Assembly: GCA_937873695.1 (NCBI GenBank)
Contig: CALMYL010000017.1
Span: 143,214 to 207,213, forward strand
Direction of reading: 5' to 3'
Length of the DNA stretch: 64,000 nucleotides
Source: an uncultured Ignavibacteria bacterium
GTDB taxonomy: Bacteria > Bacteroidota > Ignavibacteria > Tepidaquicellales > OLB5
Shown: positions 28,790 to 39,380 of the stretch, piece by piece
Layout: each line of letters opens with the position of its first letter
How positions within the stretch are numbered: position 1 is the stretch's first letter
Notes under the pieces: model-generated
Seen by the model: the letters and a program-made list of their open reading frames with translations, nothing else
What the model was told of the DNA's origin: nothing
Database searches by the model: none
Position numbers and translations under genes: made by a program

Positions 28790-31738
28790 TTAATAACCGA
28801 AAATTTCTTCGAGTGTTAAATACTTCACCGTGCCGTATTTGCTTAATGTTGCAATATCAAGTTTGTTCTTATCTCCCAATACAAGTATTGTATATTTTGA
28901 ATCCTTGATATTTTCTGCCTGGAATTTTTTGATATCATCCAATGATAATGTCTGTGCCTTATCATAAATATCTTTCCTGATATCGTGATCAAGTCCAAGT
29001 TTCTGAGCGTTGAGATATGAATTCAGGATTCCCGCCTTTGTTATTCTTTCGGTGTTGAATTTCTGGATAAGATTATCTTTTGCAGAATTATAAGTAATTT
29101 CTGATTCCGGCATATTATTCAATAACTGAAATAATCCTGTCATAGCTTCCGGCAGTTTATCTGACTGGGTCCCGATGTAAGCAAGATTGTAATGCGCTTT
29201 ATCTTTTTTGTTAGGTATGGTAAACGAAGAAAATGTACTGTAAGCCAGCGCTTTAGATTCACGAAGCTCCTGGAAAACAATTCCCGCCATGCCGCCTCCA
29301 AAATACTCGTTGTACAATGCAATATAGGGAATTTTGTCTTTATCATAATTTTCTTTCTTGGTCAGCATAAGGATCTCTGCCTGAACCATATCGGGATAGT
29401 TTACAACATACACGGTATTTTCAGTTGTGGGAAGTTCTTCATACTTCACAGGTACAGGTGCTTCCCTGAGATTATCCGGCATCAGAGTATAATCTTTATT
29501 CAGCTTATTTTTAAGATCACTTTCAGAAAGCGGCCCATAGTACAATATTTTCTGTTTGTAATTCGGAAGTTCTTTAATGGCATTGATAAGCTGCATAGGG
29601 TCAATGGAACCCAGTTCAGATTCAGACATAATATCTGTGTATGGCGACTTTGCTCCGTATTTACCATACGAAAACATAGCATCCCACAATATCTTTTCTT
29701 TATCCAGTTTGTTATCGGCTCGTACTTTCAAAATATCAGAAACAAGGTTTTTTAAAGCTTCCTGTTCGGGTTTCAGGTCATTGATAACAGATTCCAGCAA
29801 AATGAAGGCTTTATCAAAATTTTCGTTCAGGCCGCTTAACGTTAATGCCGTCTGGTCTTCACCGGCAGAAATACTGTATGAGCATCCGAGTTTGTAAAAT
29901 TCCTCTTTAAGCTGCGAAGGTGTGTACTTTGAAGTGCCAAGGTATGAGAAATACCCGGTAGCCATTGATAAGTATTTATTGTTGTAATCGCCGATATCAA
30001 AAACAATGCTTAGAGTGAATAACTCATTTTCTTCATTCTTTTTGTAAAGTAGAGGAATATCATTTTTGATGTTCGTAACATTGAGGTCGCTATTATAATC
30101 AACAAATACCGGCTTAATTTCTTCGGTGTTCATTTCAGTTACTTCTTTCAGGAAGTCTGACTTATCCTGCCTGTTCACTTCGACAGGTGTGATCTGCGGT
30201 TTTTCAACCTTCTGGACATTTTTATCTTCACCGGTTCTTTTATATACTACAACATAGTTATCATTATAGTTTTTATTGGCAAAATCTATGATCTCCTGCC
30301 TCGAAATTTCTGAAAGTCTTTGAGTTCTGTTAACATTATCTTCCCAGGGTACATCTTTCACAAAAGCATCTACAATATTTCCGGCTCTTGAACGGTTTGA
30401 TTCCTGGGACTTTATATCGGAAAGCTTAAAATCATTTATAATAGCTCCAATAAGCCATTCAGGAAACTCACCCTTTTTCACTTTCTGTATTTGCTCCAGA
30501 AGCAGTGATTTTACCTCTTCAAGTTTCTGTCCTTCTCTCGGATTTCCGTACAAAACATGCGCTGAATAATCCTTATTTGTAACAACAAACGAACCTGATG
30601 CAAGTACCTTCTGGTTCTGGTTCAGGTTCAGGTCAAGTAACCCTGCGGCGCTGTTGGCAAGGATCATATCGATCATTGTTACGATATCGTTTTCACGCGT
30701 GTTCGTGCCCGGGAACCTGTAAGACATCATCAGGTATTCAGCCTCCTGACCGAAAACGTCCTTTTCGATCGGTTTGGTAATTGGCTTTTCAACCGCAGGA
30801 ACAAATGTTGGGACATTTCCCGAAGGTTTTGAACCCCAGTATTTATCTATAAGTCCAATTGTTTTTTCGGGATCAAGATCACCTGAGAGAACAATTGCCA
30901 TATTGTTTGGCACATAATATGTGTTGTAATAATCAATCACTTTTTTAATTGATGGATTCTTCAAATGATCAATTGTGCCAATTGTGGTTTGAGTGCCGTA
31001 TTGGTGAGTTGGAAACAGGTTCAGAAAAAGTTCATCCCAAACCTTATCATTATCATCATCAAGGCTGATGTTCTTTTCTTCATAAACTGCCTCAAGTTCT
31101 GTGTGGAATAATCTCATAACGGGGTTACGAAACCTTTCGGCTTCTATTTTTATCCATTTTTCAAGCGCGTTTGAAGGAATATCATTTGTATATACAGTCT
31201 GCTCTACAGAAGTATAAGCGTTTGTTCCGGTTGCACCAATGATGCTCATCATTTTGTCGTATTCATTGGCTATTGCGTAAGCAGCCGCAAGCCCTGAAAC
31301 ACTGTCGATCTGTTTATATATTTGTTTGCGTTTCTTTTCGTCTTTAGTGCCGCGGTATTTTTCATACAGACTGATTATCTCATCTACAAGCGGTTTTTCT
31401 TTTGAATAATCTTTTGAACCGAATTTATCAGTACCTTTGAAGAGCATATGTTCAAGGTAATGCGCAAGTCCTGTGGCATCTGCAGGATCCATTTTACTTC
31501 CGGTCTTTACAGGGATATAAGTCTGTATCCTTGGCTGATTTTTGTAAACTGTCATATAGACCGTCAAACCATTATCAAGTCTATACATCCTTGTTTTGGT
31601 AGGGTCATTTTCGACGATTGTATATGTATAGTTGCCTTCGGTAACAGTTTTTACCTGGGTAAATATCAGCCCGGGAAGTAAGACGGTGGTACAGGCTATC
31701 AAAAACACATAAAATTTGAGTCTAAAGAAATTAGTCAT
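28790..31738 (-). CDS. M16-family (pitrilysin/insulinase-like) zinc metallopeptidase
   Basis: 982 aa with a signal peptide and the inverted zinc motif HYLEHMLFKGT (HxxEH). Its length is consistent with fused active and inactive M16 halves. Confidence 0.85.
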   Translation of the reverse strand: MTNFFRLKFYVFLIACTTVLLPGLIFTQVKTVTEGNYTYTIVENDPTKTRMYRLDNGLTVYMTVYKNQPRIQTYIPVKTGSKMDPADATGLAHYLEHMLFKGTDKFGSKDYSKEKPLVDEIISLYEKYRGTKDEKKRKQIYKQIDSVSGLAAAYAIANEYDKMMSIIGATGTNAYTSVEQTVYTNDIPSNALEKWIKIEAERFRNPVMRLFHTELEAVYEEKNISLDDDNDKVWDELFLNLFPTHQYGTQTTIGTIDHLKNPSIKKVIDYYNTYYVPNNMAIVLSGDLDPEKTIGLIDKYWGSKPSGNVPTFVPAVEKPITKPIEKDVFGQEAEYLMMSYRFPGTNTRENDIVTMIDMILANSAAGLLDLNLNQNQKVLASGSFVVTNKDYSAHVLYGNPREGQKLEEVKSLLLEQIQKVKKGEFPEWLIGAIINDFKLSDIKSQESNRSRAGNIVDAFVKDVPWEDNVNRTQRLSEISRQEIIDFANKNYNDNYVVVYKRTGEDKNVQKVEKPQITPVEVNRQDKSDFLKEVTEMNTEEIKPVFVDYNSDLNVTNIKNDIPLLYKKNEENELFTLSIVFDIGDYNNKYLSMATGYFSYLGTSKYTPSQLKEEFYKLGCSYSISAGEDQTALTLSGLNENFDKAFILLESVINDLKPEQEALKNLVSDILKVRADNKLDKEKILWDAMFSYGKYGAKSPYTDIMSESELGSIDPMQLINAIKELPNYKQKILYYGPLSESDLKNKLNKDYTLMPDNLREAPVPVKYEELPTTENTVYVVNYPDMVQAEILMLTKKENYDKDKIPYIALYNEYFGGGMAGIVFQELRESKALAYSTFSSFTIPNKKDKAHYNLAYIGTQSDKLPEAMTGLFQLLNNMPESEITYNSAKDNLIQKFNTERITKAGILNSYLNAQKLGLDHDIRKDIYDKAQTLSLDDIKKFQAENIKDSKYTILVLGDKNKLDIATLSKYGTVKYLTLEEIFGY

Positions 31739-31855
31739 AATATAAAATGAAATTTTAATGGAAGCTGCCGAGGGAGCAGCAGATCAGTGAAGTTATTAAT
31801 TAATAAAGCAAAATAGTCAATTTCGCTCAATTTTTCTATATACGCAAAAAGGTAC

Positions 31856-32971
31856 CTAAAAAATCGTCTTAAGAGAGTCAGCCCATGAAAGCATATTGAT
31901 ATTCCCTATTCCATTGCCGTTATTTATGGTAACGGTTCCCGGATTTGACAACGGACAATTTGAATAAATAACCCTGGCTGTATCACATCCGAATACGGAT
32001 TTATGCAGTACATCATTGCTGATAGAACGTGTTTGTGCATAAACGGTAATATGATAGCTGCCGTTGGGAACATTCCTGATAATATAGTCAGCAATGAACT
32101 CATTATTTACCTGCTGGATTACCAGCGTATCTGCGTAATCAGAAAGTATATTTACCGGAGGCCAATTGTTAATTTCATACGCTCCGACTATATATCTGAA
32201 CGGGGGATTGATGAAATTTGTTTCGGCAAAACGAACCCTGCCGCTGATAGAGCTGGGACGCAGTCCCTCAACAGTTCTGAAGCTGAAGGTTTCAGACCAT
32301 TCACCGGTACTTAAACCGTTTGAATTGGATGCATTTACTTTCCAGAAGTAATTTGTGCCTGTATTAAAATAAAAGTAGGGTGACTGTAATTGCGAGCCGG
32401 ATATATTTGCCGAATCAAGCAGGACAGGAATGAAAGATGAATTTATTGATACCTGCAATCTGTATGTTTCAGCAGATGGGGAATCTTCCCAATCAAAAAA
32501 AGGTAAAAACGGCTGATCAACTGAATTGTTAAGAGGAAGCAGCAAAACAGGCGGCGGCGGAGGAGCCAGAATAACCGTGAATCTCCTGGTTTCGGAGTAT
32601 GAAGTGAAATTACCGCTGCCCTGATCAGCTCTTACTTTCCAATAATAGTAAATGTTCGTCTGAAGCCTGCCGGCAGGGATAGTTATCTGAGTTTCTGTAA
32701 CAGAAGTATCAAGTATACCCGGTGTAATAAAGTTAGCATCGGTTGAAACATGAACTGTATAGGAGTTTGCGCCGCTGAATGAATCCCATCTGATGACAGG
32801 TGTGTATGTGTTCACTTGGCCGTTATTTACAGGTTCAATCAGAAGCACAGTGTTTACTTCCGGATCGTTATTTACGGGAGTTTGAACTGATTCCTCTTTT
32901 TTGCAGCCTGTTGCTGCCAAAATGGCAATACCTAATGCTATTAAGAACTTTCTATTTATTCCCATCATCAA
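31856..32971 (-). CDS. Lipoprotein with two internal FN3/Ig-like repeats and a C-terminal SWAD-ending domain
   Basis: 371 aa with a lipobox (LAATGCKKE). Two repeats of about 95 aa (P.NN...W(D/E)...A.(S/T)Y.(V/L)(H/Q)VS...Y(Y/F)WKV.A) are separated by a PPPPP linker. The C-terminal domain is paralogous to the 25624..26130 protein. The start overlaps the mlaD stop by 20 nt. Confidence 0.6.
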   Translation of the reverse strand: MMMGINRKFLIALGIAILAATGCKKEESVQTPVNNDPEVNTVLLIEPVNNGQVNTYTPVIRWDSFSGANSYTVHVSTDANFITPGILDTSVTETQITIPAGRLQTNIYYYWKVRADQGSGNFTSYSETRRFTVILAPPPPPVLLLPLNNSVDQPFLPFFDWEDSPSAETYRLQVSINSSFIPVLLDSANISGSQLQSPYFYFNTGTNYFWKVNASNSNGLSTGEWSETFSFRTVEGLRPSSISGRVRFAETNFINPPFRYIVGAYEINNWPPVNILSDYADTLVIQQVNNEFIADYIIRNVPNGSYHITVYAQTRSISNDVLHKSVFGCDTARVIYSNCPLSNPGTVTINNGNGIGNINMLSWADSLKTIF

Positions 32972-34007
32972 TTTTTTGCTCTAATTTGATTTTCTGTTCT
33001 AAATCTCTTAACTCTTTTTCTTTCTTAAGGAGTTCCTGTTCTTTTATTCTCAATTCAAGCGCTTTTTTATCCATATTTTTCTCCCAATCAGGCTGGCTCC
33101 AGTAGCCAATATCTTCAAAGTAACCCTTAAAAAGGAAATTGTGTTTTAAAGCTTCCATATTTTGCGCAAAACTGAATGATCCGGTCTCAAGGTTTTTAGT
33201 GGTCATGTTAGCATTTTGCATTAAAGATTTCAGATTATTCGCAAATGCAGTATCGGTTAATAAGGTACCTACAATACTTTCGTTCGAATTCATTTTCCTG
33301 ACAATTTCTCCGATATCAACTGTAATCTTGTTTATCTGTTTGGTAAGCAGATCAAGATCGCCTGATACATTATCAACAGTATTTGTCACTTTACCGAATA
33401 CAACATTCAACTGTCCTGAATAATTTGCAAAAGACCTGAAAGTTGTATCAATGCTTCTGTACAGTGTATCATTGTTTACCAATTGGCCTAATGTTCCCTG
33501 GCCCATATTCACTTTGCTGGTTATTTCAGAGAGATCTTTTGTAATTCCAGATGCATTATCAGTGGATTCTTTCAGGCTGTTCATTATATCCGCAACTTCG
33601 ACGGGCTTTATTGAGCCAAGCATCTCACCATCCTGAACTTCCGGGTTACCGGGCGTTCCGGGCGTGATATCAATTACTTTATTGCCAACAAGTCCATCAG
33701 AACCAATTGTGACCTTTGAATCCTTTTTGATGAATTTTTGCACACTGCTTTCAATTGTCATTGTTACAAGTACTTTGTTTGATGCTTCAATATCTACACC
33801 ATCAACCTTGCCCACAACAATACCGTTCAATCTGACTGAACTGCCTGTCTTAAGGCCGCTGACAGATTCAAATTCAGACTTGATATTGAATGTGGGTGTA
33901 AAAAGGTTATCTTTTCCTCCAAGTACAAATATGGCTACAACAAACAACAGGAATCCCACAATTATGAAGAAGCCTACTTTTAATTTTTTTTCATTACTTG
34001 TTTCCAT
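32952..34007 (-). CDS. mlaD: MlaD/MCE-family periplasmic substrate-binding component with extended C-terminal coiled coil
   Basis: 351 aa. An N-terminal TM helix (KVGFFIIVGFLLFVVAIFVLG), the MCE domain (GLKTGSSVRLNGIVVGKV), and a Lys/Glu-rich coiled-coil tail. Confidence 0.8.
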   Translation of the reverse strand: METSNEKKLKVGFFIIVGFLLFVVAIFVLGGKDNLFTPTFNIKSEFESVSGLKTGSSVRLNGIVVGKVDGVDIEASNKVLVTMTIESSVQKFIKKDSKVTIGSDGLVGNKVIDITPGTPGNPEVQDGEMLGSIKPVEVADIMNSLKESTDNASGITKDLSEITSKVNMGQGTLGQLVNNDTLYRSIDTTFRSFANYSGQLNVVFGKVTNTVDNVSGDLDLLTKQINKITVDIGEIVRKMNSNESIVGTLLTDTAFANNLKSLMQNANMTTKNLETGSFSFAQNMEALKHNFLFKGYFEDIGYWSQPDWEKNMDKKALELRIKEQELLKKEKELRDLEQKIKLEQKIDDGNK

Positions 34008-34019
34008 AATATATACTGT

Positions 34020-34829
34020 TTATTTTTTTATACTTTTTTTTGCAGCATCAGAGCCCGTGTAATTACTGAGACTGCTGTTTTCATCTTCTTTCACTTCTTC
34101 GAAGAATGAGCGCACAAATTCATCATCTGATCTTTCAAGTTCATCGTATGTACCTGATTCAGTATATGTTCCATCTTTCAGAACCACTATCCGGTTTGCA
34201 ACTATTTTGGCGCAGATCATATCATGGGTAACAACAATAGATGTAACTTTATATTTGCGCTGCATTCTTACTATTAAATGGCTTATATCCCTTGTTGTTT
34301 CAGGGTCCAGTCCTGTTGTTGGTTCATCCCAAAGCATGATCTCGGGATTCATGATAATTGTCCTTGCAACGCCGATCCTTTTTTTCATTCCTCCTGAAAG
34401 TTCTGAAGGCATTTTATCAATTGCCTGGCTTAAGCCTACATCTTTTAAAACTTCTTCAACTTTTTTATCTATATCTTCTTTATTAAGGTCTGTATTTCTG
34501 ATCAGCGGGAACTGAAGGTTTTCTCTGACTGACATAGAATCATATAACGCACCGCTCTGAAACACAAAACCGATCTTCTTGCGCATATATTGAAGTCCCT
34601 CGTAAGAAAGTTCCGGAATATTTTTACCCAGGACTTTTACTGAGCCTGAATCAGGTTTTATCAACCCTACGATACACTTAAGTGTAACAGATTTGCCCGT
34701 ACCCGATTTTCCGAGTGTAACAATAGTTTCTCCCCGGTTTATCTTCAGATTGATATCTTTCAGAATAATGTTCCTTCCGAATGATTTCTTGAGGTGTTCA
34801 ATATCTATTACTGTTTCTGTTCTGTCCAA
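34020..34829 (-). CDS. mlaF: ABC transporter ATP-binding protein, MlaF-type
   Basis: 269 aa. Walker A GKSGTGKS, signature LSGGMKKR, Walker B IMLWDEPTTGLD. Confidence 0.9.
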   Translation of the reverse strand: MDRTETVIDIEHLKKSFGRNIILKDINLKINRGETIVTLGKSGTGKSVTLKCIVGLIKPDSGSVKVLGKNIPELSYEGLQYMRKKIGFVFQSGALYDSMSVRENLQFPLIRNTDLNKEDIDKKVEEVLKDVGLSQAIDKMPSELSGGMKKRIGVARTIIMNPEIMLWDEPTTGLDPETTRDISHLIVRMQRKYKVTSIVVTHDMICAKIVANRIVVLKDGTYTESGTYDELERSDDEFVRSFFEEVKEDENSSLSNYTGSDAAKKSIKK

Positions 34830-34833
34830 AAGA

Positions 34834-35607
34834 TCAAAGTATTATATTTGTAATCTGTACTGCTATCATATCCCATATAATTACCATTAATGAAGAAATA
34901 ACTACAGATGAATTTGCGGCTACTCCAACACTTTCAGTCCCTTTATCTGCGTTATATCCTTTATAACAGCCAACTATCCCAATAGTAAACCCAAAAAAGA
35001 ATGTTTTTATTGTAGGCCCAATAATATCACCAATACTTAACGCATCAAACACCTGGGAAAAATATAATCCGATCGAAACATCACTTACAACATTCAATGC
35101 AAGGTAGCCTCCCAGCAAGGCAATAACATCAGCATAGATTATGAGCAGCGGTATCATAAGCGTTGTAGAAATTACCCTGCTTATGACAAGAAAGTTGAAT
35201 GGATTGCACGCAGAAACTTCCATTGCGTCAATCTGTTCGGTGACTTTCATCGAGCCAAGCTCTGCGCCAATACTTGAACCTATTTTGCCTGCACAGATCA
35301 ATCCTGTTATTACCGGCCCTATCTCCAGTACTATACCTAGCCCTACCATGGATGGAATAAGAGAGGTTGCCCCGAAAGGCTGCAAAGTAGGTATGGCCTG
35401 CAAAGCAAGCACAAAACCTATAATGAAACCTGTTATACCTACAAGTCCAAGTGATTTATTGCCGATCTGGAAAAATTGTTTTATAACTTCGTTTATATTG
35501 TATGGAGGCTTAAATACTTCCCGGAAGAATCTCATAGAAAAGTCAAAGATCCCCCATGTTTCCAGAAAAATATCCCTTACAGAGCCCGGTAAAAAATTTT
35601 TTAACAA
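34834..35607 (-). CDS. mlaE: ABC transporter permease, MlaE-type
   Basis: 257 aa polytopic protein. MlaE-like motifs GAELGSMKVTEQIDAMEV and the C-terminal IWD.... Confidence 0.88.
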   Translation of the reverse strand: MLKNFLPGSVRDIFLETWGIFDFSMRFFREVFKPPYNINEVIKQFFQIGNKSLGLVGITGFIIGFVLALQAIPTLQPFGATSLIPSMVGLGIVLEIGPVITGLICAGKIGSSIGAELGSMKVTEQIDAMEVSACNPFNFLVISRVISTTLMIPLLIIYADVIALLGGYLALNVVSDVSIGLYFSQVFDALSIGDIIGPTIKTFFFGFTIGIVGCYKGYNADKGTESVGVAANSSVVISSLMVIIWDMIAVQITNIIL

Positions 35608-35621
35608 TTTATATATATTTT

Positions 35622-36284
35622 TTAATATCGTCTTTTAATATCGACATCCAAAAACGGATTGGCAATTCCCAATATTACCCCAAATGAAAGATCTGTGATT
35701 GAAGGTTTATCTTTTGTCAACATATATGTGTATCTCAGTTTTATATGCGGATAAAATAACAGCCTGTGGTTTCTTATTGAATATCCATAAGTTATTTCCG
35801 GAAAAATCCCTTTTCCTTTAAAGTCAGTAAAATAACCGGCACCAACAGATACAACACTGGTACCCTGCAGCATGTGTGAAGGCTCAATACCATCGGCAAG
35901 AAGAATATCATATTTGTAAGATAGCCTGATATAGTGCCTTATACTTCCTCCAAATACCATTGAGTATTCAAAGGCGGTTCTGTGTTCACCAAGTTTCCCG
36001 AATCCCACGGAAACTTCTTTGGTTAACCCTGCATACACTTTTCTATCGGTATATTCCACCATCGGATTCAGCAGGTAGATCGCTGTTAATACACCTATTG
36101 AAATTGGGAGTACAGTTGATGTTTTCCGGGGGAGCTCCGCGAATTTGCTCCCCGATGTTGTGCTTTTTAATTTTAAGTGTGTAAGAGAAAAATTCTGCTG
36201 TAAATTAACCTGTGAGCTGATATTAACGGCAATTAAGAGCAAACAGACAAATACTGTATTGTAAATTATGCTCTTAAATTTCAT
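35622..36284 (-). CDS. Secreted hypothetical protein, possible small outer-membrane beta-barrel, directly upstream of mlaE
   Basis: 220 aa with a signal peptide (VFVCLLLIAVNISSQ). It shows an alternating aromatic/hydrophobic beta-strand-like pattern, and a 14-nt gap separates it from mlaE. Confidence 0.45.
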   Translation of the reverse strand: MKFKSIIYNTVFVCLLLIAVNISSQVNLQQNFSLTHLKLKSTTSGSKFAELPRKTSTVLPISIGVLTAIYLLNPMVEYTDRKVYAGLTKEVSVGFGKLGEHRTAFEYSMVFGGSIRHYIRLSYKYDILLADGIEPSHMLQGTSVVSVGAGYFTDFKGKGIFPEITYGYSIRNHRLLFYPHIKLRYTYMLTKDKPSITDLSFGVILGIANPFLDVDIKRRY

Positions 36285-36368
36285 TAAACTTCCTTGGTTT
36301 TATTTGTGATTATGAGGAATAAATCAGGGAGTTTTGTTTTGCTTTTATTAAAGCAATCTTTCCTGAGT

Positions 36369-38612
36369 TTAGTTTTCCATTATCTTAGATATCGAATTAT
36401 AATAAGCATCTTCGGCAATTTCAAGCGGTATATTTACCTCTTTATTTATAATAATGGAGTTACCGCCGGTTTTTCCTATATTCAAATATTCAATGCTATT
36501 GTCACTGCAAATCTTTTTAACATTTTCTTCGTTTTCTTTATCAAACGATATAACGGCTCTCCCGTGTGATTCATTGAACAGGCAAAAATCCTGCCTTCCT
36601 GCGTATTTTATATTAACATTGCAGCCAATAGGCAAGGTTCTGTTTATCATGCAGGATTCAGCTATACATACAGCAAGTCCGCCATCTGAAACATCGTGAG
36701 CGGAATTGATACTTTTCGCATTGGCAAGCTGAACAAGTGTTTTTATCAGGTTACTTTCACTATTAAGGTCAATTTCCGGAGCATCGCCTTTTACCAGGTT
36801 AAATTGCTGCTTAAGGTATTCACTTCCGCCTATTGAATTGCTGCAGTTTACATTTCCAATTACTGCAATTATATCACCTTCATTTTTGAAGTATGATGTA
36901 ACCATATTGTCAATATCTTCTATCAACCCAACCATGCCTATAGTTGGAGTGGGGTAAACTGCGTAATCAGGAGATTCATTATAAAAACTAACGTTACCTC
37001 CGGTAACGGGAGTGTCCAGTTTTTTGCATGCATCGCCAATTCCCCTTATTGCTTCGCGGAACTGGTGATATACTTCCGGTTTATAAGGATTACCGAAATT
37101 CAGGCAGTTTGTAATAGCCAGCGGTATGGCTCCTGTGCATGCTACATTTCTGGCTGATTCACATACGGCAGCCATTGCTCCTCTATATGGATTAAGGTAA
37201 ACATACCTTCCGTTGCAATCAGTCTTCATTGCCAGCGCTTTTTTGGTTCCTTTGATCCTTACCACAGAAGCATCGCCCCCGGGCATTATGACTGTGTTGG
37301 TTCTGACCTGTGTATCGTATTGCTCGTAAACCCAGTTCTTGTTAGTAATGTTAGGGGTAGAAAGCAGATTGATCAGTACTGCGTTCAGGTCTTTTGGTTC
37401 CGGCAACGCTGATTCATCAAAATTCTGCACTTCTTTTAAATATGCCGGTTCCTTTGATTCACGCACATACACAGGGGCATCACCTCCAAGTACAAGTGTA
37501 TTTGCCGGGACTTCCGCCATAACTTTACCATGATATGTTATTTTCACATTTGGTCCCTGTGTTACAGTACCTATTTCAACACAGTTCAGGTCCCATTTAT
37601 CAAATATCTTCTTAGCAACATCTTCTTTGCCTTTCTGTATAACAACCAGCATTCTCTCCTGTGATTCTGAAAGCATTAATTCATATGCGGACATATTTTC
37701 TTCGCGTGCGGGAACGAAATCCAGATTGATATCCATACCCATTCCGTCCTTGGCGCTCATTTCGCTGGTTGAGCAGGTTATACCTGCAGCTCCCATATCC
37801 TGCATTCCAACTACAACACCGCTTTTAATCAATTCCAGTGATGCTTCGAGCAGTAATTTTTCAGTGAACGGGTCGCCAACCTGAACTGAAGGCCGCTTTG
37901 CCTCAGATGCCTCGGAGATTTCTTCCGATGCGAAAGTTGCGCCGTGAATGCCGTCTCTGCCTGTAGAAGAACCGACTATGAATACTGGATTACCAACTCC
38001 TTTAGCGGTAGCCTTTGCGACTTCATCATGTTTAACGATACCGACTGCCATTGCATTTACCAATGGATTATCGCGGTAGCTTTCATCAAAATATATTTCA
38101 CCGCCAACCGTTGGAACGCCGAAACAATTGCCGTAATCACCGATTCCTTTTACAACATTCTTAAAAAGATACTTTGTGCGGGTTACATCGGTTTCCTTGG
38201 AGTTAATGCTTCCAAATCTTAATGAATTAAGCGCTGCTATGGGTCTGGCGCCCATTGTGAAAATATCTCGCAAAATGCCGCCAACACCTGTTGCAGCTCC
38301 TTGGTATGGCTCAACAGCAGAGGGATGATTGTGTGATTCAATTTTGAATGCAACAGCAAGCCCCTCGCCAATATCAACAAGTCCCGCGTTTTCTTCACCC
38401 GCGCCTACAAGCAGCCTTCCGCCTGAGCGGGGCAGTTTCTTGATTTCAAGTATTGAGTTTTTGTATGAGCAGTGTTCTGACCACATTACAGAATAAATAC
38501 CAAGCTCAGTATAGCTTGGTTTTCTGCCAAGTATATCGAGTATCCTGTTATATTCTTCTTCAATTAAGCCAAAAGTCTTGGCCAGTTCAAGTGTTACTTC
38601 GGGTTCATGCAT
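36369..38612 (-). CDS. purL: Phosphoribosylformylglycinamidine synthase subunit PurL (FGAM synthase II)
   Basis: 747 aa. N-terminus [32 protein letters not shown], plus ESHNHPS and duplicated AIR-synthase-like domains. Confidence 0.95.
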   Translation of the reverse strand: MHEPEVTLELAKTFGLIEEEYNRILDILGRKPSYTELGIYSVMWSEHCSYKNSILEIKKLPRSGGRLLVGAGEENAGLVDIGEGLAVAFKIESHNHPSAVEPYQGAATGVGGILRDIFTMGARPIAALNSLRFGSINSKETDVTRTKYLFKNVVKGIGDYGNCFGVPTVGGEIYFDESYRDNPLVNAMAVGIVKHDEVAKATAKGVGNPVFIVGSSTGRDGIHGATFASEEISEASEAKRPSVQVGDPFTEKLLLEASLELIKSGVVVGMQDMGAAGITCSTSEMSAKDGMGMDINLDFVPAREENMSAYELMLSESQERMLVVIQKGKEDVAKKIFDKWDLNCVEIGTVTQGPNVKITYHGKVMAEVPANTLVLGGDAPVYVRESKEPAYLKEVQNFDESALPEPKDLNAVLINLLSTPNITNKNWVYEQYDTQVRTNTVIMPGGDASVVRIKGTKKALAMKTDCNGRYVYLNPYRGAMAAVCESARNVACTGAIPLAITNCLNFGNPYKPEVYHQFREAIRGIGDACKKLDTPVTGGNVSFYNESPDYAVYPTPTIGMVGLIEDIDNMVTSYFKNEGDIIAVIGNVNCSNSIGGSEYLKQQFNLVKGDAPEIDLNSESNLIKTLVQLANAKSINSAHDVSDGGLAVCIAESCMINRTLPIGCNVNIKYAGRQDFCLFNESHGRAVISFDKENEENVKKICSDNSIEYLNIGKTGGNSIIINKEVNIPLEIAEDAYYNSISKIMEN

Positions 38613-38622
38613 TAATATCTTA

Positions 38623-39138
38623 CTATTTAATGATTAGTTTTCGCAATTGTTTTTGATTGTTAATTATTGTTTCCATAAAATAAGAGCCGGGTTTTAAAAC
38701 AGAGTATATCGCATATTTTACGATATATTCGCCGGGTAACAATTCCTTTTCCAACAGTTTAGTATATTCAAAACCCAGACTATCGTACACTGTTTCTATA
38801 AACAGTGTCGTTTCTTTGAATGTATAGGGCATAGATGTAGTCGGGGGAGCAAAAGGACTTGGAAATTTCTCATTCTTTGAAATTTCAAGTAATGAATCGT
38901 CCTTTCTCTTTTCTGCATATGTAGTAATTTCGTAAATACGTTCACCCGTAGAATTAATGATTTTCCCGGTATCGAAAACAAATATTGAATCAATTGTTTG
39001 TGAAGGATTAGTATTGAATCTCCAGGTATCTTCCGGTTTAACATTGAAATTATAAAAATCTAACTTGTGCTTCTGTCCGCAGCCGTTTGATGTCAGGAAC
39101 AATATCAGAATTTGTAATATTATAAAGTTTATTCTCAA
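38623..39138 (-). CDS. Secreted hypothetical protein with a degenerate T9SS-CTD-like C-terminus
   Basis: 171 aa with a signal/lipobox-like N-terminus ([10 protein letters not shown]). The C-terminus ...[39 protein letters not shown] resembles the last strands of the T9SS sorting domains elsewhere in the window, but the NYPNPFNP motif is absent. Confidence 0.45.
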   Translation of the reverse strand: MRINFIILQILILFLTSNGCGQKHKLDFYNFNVKPEDTWRFNTNPSQTIDSIFVFDTGKIINSTGERIYEITTYAEKRKDDSLLEISKNEKFPSPFAPPTTSMPYTFKETTLFIETVYDSLGFEYTKLLEKELLPGEYIVKYAIYSVLKPGSYFMETIINNQKQLRKLIIK

Positions 39139-39191
39139 TCTAAAATATGAAAAGCTCTAATTATTGAATTTACTTTTACAGCAGTTATAAG

Positions 39192-39380
39192 TTACTTTAA
39201 GCTCCGTGCTTTAACTTTTACAACTTTACCATTTCGTGAAACAACAAGATAATCATCAGTTTTCTTGCGTTCTTCTATTAGATTCTTAATAGCTAACTTG
39301 GATCCTTTTCTGAATTTTTCTTCCAGAATGTCTGTGGTTTTTTTAATTTTTGTAATCATTGATGATGCTCCATTTTTCAT
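39192..39380 (-). CDS. Small basic protein overlapping the 3' end of the zeta-like kinase gene (possible partner or antitoxin)
   Basis: 62 aa, or 55 aa if it starts at Met8 (39359). It overlaps the upstream gene by 38 or 17 nt. Lys-rich. No recognised family. Confidence 0.4.
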   Translation of the reverse strand: MKNGASSMITKIKKTTDILEEKFRKGSKLAIKNLIEERKKTDDYLVVSRNGKVVKVKARSLK

